Position numbers and translations under genes: made by a program. The notes under the pieces were generated by a model. It saw only the letters and a list, made by a program, of their open reading frames with translations, searched no databases and was not told the DNA's origin. A stretch of DNA of 64,000 bases, taken from contig NMRA01000113.1 of assembly GCA_002633005.1 (NCBI GenBank), positions 196,797 through 260,796 of the forward strand, in the 5' to 3' direction. Of the stretch, positions 37,804 through 49,800 are shown in pieces. How positions within the stretch are numbered: position 1 is the stretch's first letter; each line of letters opens with the position of its first letter. This DNA is from Phoronis australis (taxonomy: Eukaryota > Animalia > Phoronida).

Positions 37804-40800
37804 GTATGGAGCTGTTGAATTTATTTCATGCAAGTGATTTGAATTGCGACATGTAGATTTTTATGCGTCCACTACGCGCATATTGCTATCATCTCTGTAT
37901 GGACAATCAGGCATTTGACATGCTCTGATTTTTTCCTAAACCCCTTGCAGGATGTTCTTGAAATTTGGTCGCCATCTTTCTGGCAAGAAAAGGTGACGAC
38001 TTTCCTACAGATTCGACTACTGCTGTCTCACCTGTTGGCAATTTTATGTTTTTGCGCTTGCTTGCGTCTAACAAATTCTTTGAAGGGTTTTATGCATATC
38101 CATTTGTAGTGTTGTGTATCTGATAAGCTACATTGCGTACGATCTTAAGTTTGTTGAGTTTAAGGATATCTCAAACCATATTTACAAAAATTGTCCGTTT
38201 TTACAATATATCACATGTGTCTAGCTAAATTTTCATTCTCGGGGAACTTCAAATACGATATATACTGTGTAATGAGAAAAAAGATTTAGCAGAACCACCT
38301 CCAATCCTGTGGAAATTTGTTTACTACTTATCCGAGGTCAAATGTCACTCAAATCGAATCTCCCTCTTAGGCATAGAGCATTTCTGTATGTACCCGCAGT
38401 CCTTTCATTTACCGAGTTGCCATAATATTGAGTCAAGGAGGTGTACCTGGGATAGAAAGATGCTGGGGAAAGCAAAGACATAATGTAGTTCTGATCCTCA
38501 TGGAGTTGTGCGTCTGCATGCATACAACCGTTGAGAAAGAATGCACCAAGTCTGAGTCACCGCACCGCCTCTGTGACTTTGCATTTACGAACATAGCAAG
38601 TTGTGAAAAGAGATATATCCTCTACCCAAATTCATTGATTTGATCGGTTATTTGACATTTCGCTGTGTCGATCTCATGCTCACGACGTGCTTTAACCACC
38701 GACTTGATTTCTGTTCTGTATGTGGTTTCATATCAATGTCCCCAGCATGTGGTTTGTATCACAATGAACTGTTGACCTACTTAATTGCTGAACCTGCTTT
38801 AACCTAACTTGACTCGAAGCACATGATAGTGAAGTTAATAATTACACAAGTTGCAAATGCAGTTGACATTGTGAATGAATGTTGAAATAGTGAACATGTT
38901 TAAGCATGTATAAGTGATTGACCAAAAACAAGTTTTCACCAAACAGTTATTAAGTGATAGCCATCAGATTTTGAAGACTGGCGACAGTTTCCTCTTTTTT
39001 GACTTTGTTTCAAGTTAGGAACATGAGTTCTCGAAAACAGCTCGGTGAATTTCACTGAAACTTTCCAATTTGAATATTTAGTCATCTGTCTCAAAAACGC
39101 TGTGACGATTTTCCTTTTAAACGTTTTGTTTTTGCATACTGTAAGATAGAGTATACCACTGCTATTTTTACAAAAGTACCTTTTGTTTTGCGTGTTAATT
39201 TGGCATAGAAACGAATCAAAATGAGTAATCGAAAATTCCTAACAGCGTTTTTGAGGTAAGCTGTGAAGTATAAATTTAAAAAGGGTTTCATTAAACTCAA
39301 CCAAGGGATTATTTTGCTATGGATGTACCTTTTGTTAAAAATGAAATTTTCAATAATAATTGTGGGTCATAAATATAAAACATATTTTCATAATCTATGG
39401 TCTTTTTTCTTTCAGAAATGTACGTCTACTAATTGACGTAGCCTGGTTTTTTGATATATGAGTTAGAATGAAAGTCACTAAATAAGGTTTGAGATATTCT
39501 TAAGTAGACAAAATAAAACCTTGTGATCAGGGTTTAATCCATCGTTAACATAGACAATAGTAAAACGCTGGGTCAACATTGATTGAAAATCTTCAAACAT
39601 ACTTTCAGTGTCGAGGACAAAATGATGTGCAAAACGCAATGCTGATCACAAAGTTTTATTTCGTCTACTTGAATGCAGCAAACTGATGATAAAACGAAAT
39701 GCATCTTGTCATTTTCAATGCTACGTGTTTGAAAAAAGGACTGCTGTAAAAGTATATCATATGGGTGCATATTGCTATCACCTCTGTCTAGGAGATCAGC
39801 ATCTGCTTCTCTCTCCTAAAGCCTTCGCCGAGTTTTCTTGTTGGTTGGCAGATTTGCTCCTATGGATGACCACAATTTTTAAAACAATACGACTATTGTT
39901 GTGCACCCTAGTGGCAACTTTAGTTTTTACATTTGCTTTAATCTGTATTTACCAGTTTCCTAGATGGATTTCCACGAAATTTGACAAATAGGTTTTTTCT
40001 AAGGTGAAAATAACACCTTCCCATTTTCAGATAGATTTAGCTTGTTGTGTGCCACCTAGTTTCTACTGTTATCATTTTATCTATTCTGTTTTTGGTGTGT
40101 CCTCTCTATTGGCCGCGGTGGCGGGTATAGGGGAGAGCTAAGTGGGCCATGCCCCCCCCCTAAAATTGTCCCAAGTTCGGGGTACGAATTGCTGACTAGC
40201 ATATGCGTGCTCCCAGGGGGGCGCTAGAGGCGAATGCACAATGCATAGGCCTTGAACATACCCAGTTTACCTTTTTTTAGTAATAAGGTCCACAAACCCA
40301 AAAATTCAAGAGCCCTGCAGCCCTACATTTTAGGCTGGGCGCGTGCTTGTGGCGGAATTCTGGTTATTCCTATGCCCTGATCCCCCTTACTCAAAATCCT
40401 GGATCTGCCCCTGGGCGGAACTGTTGAAATTGGCATGTGTTTTTTCTAGGAATGCATGGCTGATGATGATTTTCAGTCATGTCTGGCTGTGGTGGCGTCC
40501 TCTAGTGCCATTTTTGTGACTCATTATCTGCCAAGTTCCTTGATGGGTCTTCATACAATTCATAATGCTTTTTGGACTGTACAATTGACGTGAATTTTGG
40601 GACGAAATCTGACTACTGCGTATTCCATTAGTGGTAATTTTGTTCTTGTCGCACTTGCCTGGATGTCTACTAAGTTGCTTGATGGATGTTCATGAAATTT
40701 GGCAAATAAGTTACTATAACTTAGATGACAGCACCTGCCGTTTCACATAGATTTGACCTACATTGCGTCACCTAGTGGCATTTTTATTGTTTTTGTATCT

Positions 40801-43800
40801 GTTCTTTGTCGGCCATCACCCTGTCCTTCAAACTACTGATAAAAGGTGGCATTTGTTTTCCTATTGAGGAGAACATTGCTAACTTGCATTTCACATTTTC
40901 AATTTACTAGCGTTGTATGCGAGCCACACAATGGGTGCATATCAATGCTCCACCTTGCTCTTGTTACATTTTTTATTACTTTGAAATAGTAATATTTAGT
41001 TTCATAAATTAAGACGTGTAAAATATGAATTTTCTGTTTGCTAAAGAAGATTTCTCTGTTCTTGAAAATAGAAAACTAGAAACTCAACGATAATTTCACT
41101 TTAAAAAATCATCTTAAAGTTTACCGTCATTTTGAAGAACCAGATCAGTGAAGATCGAGAGAGAACGCTGTGGTAAATAACGAAAATAGTCAAAAACACA
41201 AGATCTGACCATTTGACCACAGTCCCCCAAGTTACTGGCTGTTGTGTGCTGTGGGGGAAATCTTTATTTACTAAGCACAGTCGAAATCGGCTGCTACAAG
41301 CTCTTGTATTTGGTTGGTTTTTACATTCAGTTGTACTCAAATTCCAAGGCTGATTGCTAACCATATGAAGCATTTTCCTTCTTTACTTCTTTTTTGAATG
41401 TTTTTATCTCCAGATACAAGGGTTTCTCAATGTCCATCAAACAGAAGCTCCGACAACCAGGAAGAGATCCCGGCTGACCCAATCACCACTGGCAACAACT
41501 AGTAGACCTCCATCCACTAGGCGGCGCAGCACGAGGATGAGTGCCATCTTGAATCACATGCGACAAAATCAGCCTCAAGATGAGGAGACTCCGCGCACGA
41601 TCATAAAAAATTTCTTAGTTAATGGTTAGTCCTCTAAAGATCTCTAGTCCCTACCAGTTGTTTTCTTGTGGACTTGCTGTTCTGCACGAGGCAGCATCTC
41701 ACTTTGTTTTTGAAAACCACTAAAAGCAGAGATGACTTCTTGCACTGATTGTGTTTTTGTTTTTTTCTTGAAAATGTCCGTGATACGCATTGTTCTGTAT
41801 TTTGTTCAGAAAGGTACAAGATTATTCAGTCTGACTTCAATCTTGAAATCTGCTCTTTCTTTTGCATTGTAAGCTAAGCAAGATATGAACATTGCTCTTT
41901 GTAGTGGTTTCTCAGTTATTGGGCCATAGTATTGTAAGCCAATCGTATCATCGACGTTGCTCTCAAATTTGATGTGCCCTGATTTGCACATTTGCCATAT
42001 GTGGAAAATGTGTTATTTGCACAATATTCCTTGGCCTTGTTTATCCGTACCTTTAGAATGGGGTAAACAAGGACAGAAGTTGGTAATTGAAAATTGCTAC
42101 AAAAGACCTGATTCTTTTGAAAATGACTTTGTTGTGGCACAGAACCAAAGTGCATGGCTGACTATGGTCTTGGTGAATCTCATTTTCAACACTTTGACTG
42201 CAGATGCTGCTGTTTAGATTTTGAGGTCAATAGTTCAAGCACAGCGGCAACCGCAGCTCAAAATTATTTAATTTCAACATTTGAAAGCACATTTTTGGAC
42301 AGTTGGAAATTAATCTGAAGCAAAACAGGGGTGGGATGTAACTGAACAATGGACATTTAAGCCTAATCGTTATTGAAATTGATGGCTGGTGGTTGTACAA
42401 GCATAGCTCAAATGTTTGAAGGTTATGATTTTGACCAAAGTGTTTTTGTTGTTAACAAAGAAAATATAGAAAACATGTCAAAAATATTGAAAACTTGAAA
42501 AAAATACTAGTTACATGATTATTGGTGGGCATCTCAGTGCTTTAGTGTGACAAATGTGTCCTAAAGAGCCACTCATTTTAAACATGCAAAACTTTTTTAG
42601 ACCTAATTAGTGTTTCTGTCTGTCATGATTTGGTTTTGTACACTTGAATACTGACAAACAACATAATCCACATCACACAGTGTAGCACTATTTAATGTGA
42701 AATCAACGGCATTTGTGATATCAATCGTCATCCTCCATTTTGGTAGTTTTGAGATGTCCGTTCTGCATCTTTCATGAGTTATGAGACCAACACATGTTTG
42801 TTTCTTAGCTTTTCTTCAGTAAGTAAGTTTGTTTCAGTCATGTTTTTGTCATATTTTAGCCGATGAAGAAACTCCAGAGAGACAAGTGCTCACTGAAACT
42901 GAAAGCACGCCATCTAGTGAGCTGACAAGTACAGATACTGAGCGGTATGTGCTTTATCCAACTGAGTGCATACACAATAACTAGATCTCTTTGTCTCACC
43001 TAAGTACACTGCTGTACTTCCTAAACCTTGCCAGGATCTTAAAATTTGAAAGATCTGTTCCTGTAAAGCTGACGACAATGATGAGTTTTGGATCAACTAC
43101 ACCAGTGCCCCTAGTGTCATTTTTTGCACCCGTGACTATCTCTGTAACCCTGTGCAGGATATTTGTGAAATATGACAGATGTGTTTTTTGAATATTTATT
43201 ATGAAATAGTCAGTGCAATAAATATACTGACCCAGAAAGCGCCAAGAGGCATTATGTTCTTTAGAACCTTAACGACAAATGATGACAACTTTCAGACCAA
43301 CCTGACTAGTGCTGTATCCCTAGTGGCAATTGAGTTTTATTTATATTTGCCTCTGTATCTGTTGAGTTCCTTGATGGGTTTGTTATGAAATTTGGCAAAT
43401 TTCTGTTGAGGACACAACAATGCCTTTTTATTTTTGCATGGATTTTAGTAATAAACACCCCTAGAAGCAAATAGTTCATTGTGCAGTCGTGGGCGCATTT
43501 CAATAGTCTTTGTTGCTCTTGTTATGGTGCTAATTAATACCCCTCTATAAGCATAATGTGTGTGTGGTGCAGTCATGGACACATTTCAACACATTGTGTT
43601 CCTCTTGTTCTGTATCAGCATGTGGATCATTCACAAGATACCGAATTGGCTCATCTTCAGCCTCCTTAATCTTTGACTAGAATCCATTCATAGTGCACAG
43701 TTGCCACAACTGTGGTAATGCTGAGAAATTCTAAGCACATAGGACATTTGGCATAGATAGTAGTTGCAGTGGAAATGACCATATGGTTACAATTTAGCAA

Positions 43801-46800
43801 CATTCAGTGACAATAATACATTGATCCTGTGAATGCCCCAGGTGAGACTAGGCTTTTGGTTATAGTAGGCGTATTTTTTATCTAACAGGTGTTGTACCAG
43901 ACAGCAGCTTAATTACAGAAAGTTCATCTCATTACATTTTGTCACAATGTGACTTGTTTTTTTTTGTGAAATCTCAAAACTGTTCATGCACTACACACGC
44001 GCACAGACTGGTGTGCATGCACGCACATGCACACACACAGAGTTAAGTTGAAGGCGATGACTGTTGTTAACATTGGTGTGTCTAAGGACAGTTTACTGAA
44101 TGGATTGGGCTTTATTAGTATTCTCAGTCATCATGCCAGTACTGGTATGGATTATCACTCAGTACATGAGAACTCTACTATTATCAGTCTCACACATCAT
44201 TTTTCAGTTTTCAAAAGCTGAGAAATGTTCTAAAGCCTCCGACACCTGGAAGTATGCGCAAGACGTCACAGCGGTCGTCAGCTAGGGAAAGGCGAAATCA
44301 AACTTCATTGAAGTCCTTCGCTGAAGGCGTTGATCTCATACGTAAGATTCTGTCTGCTTATAGTTAACTTACTTCGTGGTTTTCATTTTGATGCTCTTCT
44401 ATAGGCATCTATTGGGAGACTGACTTTTTAGCAAAGCCCCGCGCTCTGTAAACGTGCTTAACATCAGTTAGGGATAAGATACATTCAGTCAGGATAAAAA
44501 CCCACTGGTCTCCCATAAAACAGAAAAGATTGGAAATCTGACTTTTCAAATGGTTTTCGAAAAAATAAAATTAATGAATACGAAACTGGAACAACATAGC
44601 GTTAGACTATTAGTAAACTTGATCTTTAGAGTGAACATGGTCACGAATGCAATTAAATATTTACTTGTAGTAAAAAGGTTTCTCCACGGTTTTACCTTAT
44701 CATAGCATGTTTATTATGATCAAAGTATGCCGTCTTTTCCCATGTCTTGTTAGCTCTTCCTATGTCCTTGTGGTGTCCACTTCACAGGTGCGAGTCAAGG
44801 TGCTGAAGAGAGTGTGTTTGAAGAAGAGCATAGTGGATTCAGTGGATTAGAGAGCATAGCTGAAGATGAATCAGAGGTGGACAGAGATGATATGGTACAA
44901 GAAGATGTTTGTCACGAATTTTGAAAATTTTGCAAAATATATTCATTGGTGAACAATGGCAATCTTCATAATGATAATCGTGTCATCAAATTAATTGTTT
45001 TTTAAAATAACTCCGTACTAACTTACGAAAGCTAGACAAGTGTTATTTTTCTTTAAATCTGACAAAATGTCTTTAAAATGAAAAGCAACCAACTGGTTAC
45101 CTGGCAGAGACATTGGTCTGTGTTGATTACTGTTCTCTTGGTGAGTATGTACTGTTCTTGGAACAACAGAAAGGAGCGCCAGCAGTCCAACAAAGGGCCA
45201 GCATCTTGTGTCTACTTTCACTCTCATTGAGCAAACACGACTGACCTGTTGTTCCATGAAGAGTAGTAACACCAAGAGAACAACAATTAACACAGAACAT
45301 TGTCTCTTCAAGATCACCAGGGGTATGCATTTTTAGTAAAGGTTGCATGAAAAGGGGTTTCTAACCTTTTAATGGAATTTAGTTTTGTCATTAATTCTGG
45401 CATTGTGTACCATCTTGGGTGTTTGTTATTCTTACATGTAAAAAGGGAGCTGAACTTCATCGAAGCAAGGATATGGTTGTTGATGCTGAACATAGTGAAG
45501 CAGTGGCCCATGTCAGAACCGGAACGTCACACATGGACAGGATAAGGCCCACAGAGGCAGATAGTGATGTTGGTGGAGCTGTGGGGAATGAAAACTATAA
45601 CGACGATGCTGATAGTGGCGATGATGGTGATGTGGTTAGTGTCGTAGGTCTGGAAGATGTTGATGTTGACATAAATGAGGAATATGCCGAGCCTGGTGCT
45701 GCTGATGATGATGATGATGATGAGGAGGATGGGGAAGAAGAAGAGATGGTCGAAGATGAAGGTGTGGCTGATGACAGTGAGGATGCTGAGGAACAAATAA
45801 ACATCAAGATGGGAACGTCGTCAGCTAATACCAGTAGGAGGAGCGGAGCGAGTGGTAGCAGAGCCAGTGTGGGGGAGGACTCAGTGTTTGTTAAGAGCAG
45901 CAGGTATTGTAAGGATAGGGTTGGGTAGGGGCAGGTAGTCTGTATTGAGTGTGGTGCAGTGACAAGTCATACACTATACTGCAAGCCTGCAGTGTTATGC
46001 ACTGCTATAGTGCAGGTACAGGCTTCTCCATAGGTTGTTATGAGAGGGCGCTGCGCCCTCTTTTAATTTCAGCTGTTGACTATGCGCCCTCTTTTTCCAC
46101 CTTGTTTTAATTCGTTTATCCAGGAAATGTTTACCTTGACGCTTTTCAGTCCTCTTAATTTTATTTAGACAATCGTTGTTTACAGAACCTGCGTTTGGTC
46201 TCTGCAGATATCAGATTTATGGCAGAAGTTCTTTTGAAATTCATTTGAATGTGACAAATTGACACACTTTTCCTTTCTGTATTTCTTGAACCAGAGGTAG
46301 ATAGATTAGCTCATTTCAAATGCTGTGGTGTCTACTCGGTATGCAGCATAGGAATTGATACCAACTCTAACAAAGGTTGTCTTTTTGGAATCATTCATGA
46401 TCTGAAGCTCTGTTCATGGGTTGTCTTAATTTCTAAAAGGTACGGACAGTTCAGGAAATCGTTAACAAATCAAATTCAAATTATTCTAGTTACGTTTTAG
46501 TGGTTCTCAACATTGAATGATTATTTTTGTTTACAACTGACTTGTATTCTTGCAAAAAAAATTAATAGTTCCTATTTAGAGCGCATTAAATGAAAAAAAC
46601 GTCTTCCAACAGAAAGTTATAACGGGAATTAAAGAAATCTTATCTTTGCTGTGCCGAGATAAATGATGAAAAAATTGGATCAAAATCAAATCAATTTTTA
46701 ATTTGCATAGTTTTTGTAATTTTCGCAGTGACTTACTTCAACAAAAAGATTTTCTTAACCCCAGGAAATGAGCTATACATTAAAAAAACATATATTGGGA

Positions 46801-49800
46801 TATGGAAGGTCTGCTTTTATTCCACAATACAAGGAGACAAAACCTTTTGTTAGTGACTGCACTGCGTGTGGTCTAGCATGGCTGTGCCCACTTAATTTTA
46901 AGAAAATTAATGAAGACCCTGTCCGTGCACTTATTCATGATTAGCATTTGTACAATGTGACTTCCAGTTGAAATGGTGATTGGACAGGAATGATCAGTCT
47001 AAATGGTGATTGGACAGGAATGATCAGTCTAAATGGTGATTGGACAGGAATGATCAGTCTAAATGGTGATTGGACAGGAATGATCGGTCTAAATGGTGAT
47101 TGGACAGGAATGATCAGTCTTAACACCATGACTCAATGTGATTTACAATTTGTATTGGCATTGTTTGGCTGTTAGTATTTTTTATGTGTTAAAATTTGGT
47201 TGATTGGTTACTAAAATGTTTTTGTGCGATATGTCCACAGTCGTATGGTTTTTGTATTTTTATGACTGTTTAAGAGTCGGAAGGGGGGACTGGAAGCAAA
47301 TGGCTTGGAGTTATGGTTTAGCTGCTAGTCAAACTTCACTGTGTCCTTGATTCTGTTCCAGGAAGTTATTTTGAGTGCTTACAATTTAGACGAGTTTTGA
47401 AGTCCTTTGTGATATGCACACAATGACATCTTGAATTTGACCTAATGTCCAGAACTTGGTTGATTTTATTTTCAAGTTCTTTTAGTTAGTTGAGTGAGAA
47501 TGACTTTGATAAACTAAAATTCAGTTTCAGGATATTGTTTTGCATATTCAGTGCTGTAGCGTATTTGGTGATTCCCCATCGTGAGATGCTGATGTCACGT
47601 ATGTGTTAACCTTCTTGTAGAACACCTTTGGTCCAAGAGACGCTGGATCGGTTTGCTGTCAAACCTCGAACTCGGCCTCTGTCGCCTTCTCTGGTCACTC
47701 CACTGTTGTTGAAGCAGGCAAAGCAACCAACGTAGGTAGTGCTCCGTGTTTTGTGAGCACAGTATGGGATTTTGGGACCATGATAAAAACTCTTCATTGA
47801 GACACAGTACGGCAGATAAATTTTTATTTTGTCAACAAAAATAACTTTTCTGGAAAATTTAGTTTACCTTTGGCATGGAATGTATTGGATAGCTATTACC
47901 AACGAAAGAGTATTTAGTAGTATTTTGAGCATTTGCAACAATGTGGTAAGCCTCAGAAAATTAGAAATATGGCAATTTTAGCAATTATTTTTGTCCCAAA
48001 TTGACTAGTTTTTATCATAGATACTACTTGTGTTGTTTGGGGCATTGATGAAGCATCCCTGGCCTTGTTTTTATGCAGTAGAATTAAGGCGTCGGGTTGG
48101 TCTAGCAGTTTACACTTCAGGGATTCAAATGCCAAGTTAGTGATAATGTTCCTTCTCATTTTGTTGTATACACACTCATTTCTCCATTGTGCTATGCGTG
48201 CTAGAGAGAGGGGAAACGCGACACTCACTCAGACAGGTAATGTTTAAATGGACTGATATGAAATGAAATATAATAATAAATAAATTTAAATAAGCAAAGT
48301 AGCAATTCTTTATGGGCCTGTTAATTTACAAGTACTGATCTTCTAATGTGTTCAATCATTTTCAGTTTCCTCTACTGACAGGCATAACTGACAGAACAGT
48401 TGACACAATAGTGTATTTCTTGAATGCTTTATGTAAGTACTGGATATTACCTGAATTTCAGGCCACAGAAGTTGAAAGCACAGAAGCAGTCTGCAAAGCC
48501 ACCAGTGCATCGGAAGAAACCTTCCGAGTCCAAGGAGGAACGACAGTTTCGCTTGCCTATCTCATTAACTAAAGGTATCTTTCAGCACTATTCCAGGAGC
48601 CGCGTATCAAAGGCAGCCATGGCGGAGGTGGAGAAAATGTAAGTTGTCTTTTTATGGTAGCTAACATAGGCGGATTTAGGGGGGGGCCCAGGGGGCCCGG
48701 GCCCCCCCCCTTGGCTGCCGCAAAAAAAAATAAAACAGAAAGAGCGTAGGGAAATGGTGAGTTTATTAATTAACCCCGGTATTTAAAAAAAGATTTAAAT
48801 GTGTGCAGTTTTAGTGTTGGGGGGGGGCTCAAACCCAATTTCAAGTGTCAAATTCGGAACACGGCGCATTCGTAACGGAACTATGGCTAAGAGGCTCTCC
48901 CGCGATATCCCAGGCGACCGGCAGTGGCGCTGCGCAGTACGACTCCGTTTTCGTCGTCTGCTCCACTGTGCAATGAAGAATTTTACTTCATTTTTTAAAG
49001 AGAATGGAACCTGAGTGACGATGAAAAAACAGAAGCTGTTGGTAAGATGTGAATTTTAATCGAAGCCTGAGTGAATCACTCAGAAACTCGCAATACTCTC
49101 TTTGTCAAACCTTATCTTAAGACGATTTCCAAAGCAATCCCGTCATTATTGCCAACACGAAAAACGGATTTGGTCTTTTGGGCATTTGAAGACTATTTTA
49201 AATACGACAAATTTGTTAAGAATTGATGGCGCAAAATATAAAACGTATAGCATTGCGAAAAGAAGTAGGTTTCGCGCGCAAACGCTGTGGACCATAAACA
49301 AGTAGGTCTTTTAGTATAAACGTAGTAGTTAAATCGTGGTGGTGTAGTGGTAACGCACGCGCTCACTAAGCTCCAAGTCGTGAGTTCGAGTCTTTGGTAC
49401 GTTCAGTTCAAGTTTTCCTGTTTGACACGTTCTCCGTTTTTTTTTTCTTTTTTTCTTGGATAATACTTCAGGAATCAAGGAAAATGCTTGATTGTTAGAG
49501 GTAAAAACAGAAAAATTTCCTGAGCAGGAGGGGGGAAAACCCCCCCTCCCGACCTCCCCCCATTCGGTGCTATGCGCATCTACAATCGTGGTTCAGTTTG
49601 CGCAAATGCCTACAGCCGGACAAAATGTTGGGCCCCCCCCTTGTGATATCCTAGATCCGCCACTGGCTAAATACTCTATTACATATCAATCCAAAATTTT
49701 GTTTCCTGCAGTGATATGAAAGTTTCAGTTACCCTTGTACAATGTAATTCTACCCTCTGAACTCTAATCTTGAGGAAACAAAATATCATCATCCTGACAG

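Noticed and set aside
42991-43191. Phase-compatible open frame after CENP-T exon 3
   Set aside because: It overlaps a reverse HINE copy and has no convincing donor. Exon 3 joins cleanly to 44208.
45419-45928. 169-aa acidic ORF as a standalone gene
   Set aside because: It is bounded by splice sites and joins in phase with flanking exons, so it is CENP-T exon 6.
49334-49402. Functional tRNA genes here and at 18045-18142
   Set aside because: A and B boxes are present, but acceptor and anticodon stems do not pair convincingly; treated as SINE or pseudo-tRNA relics.
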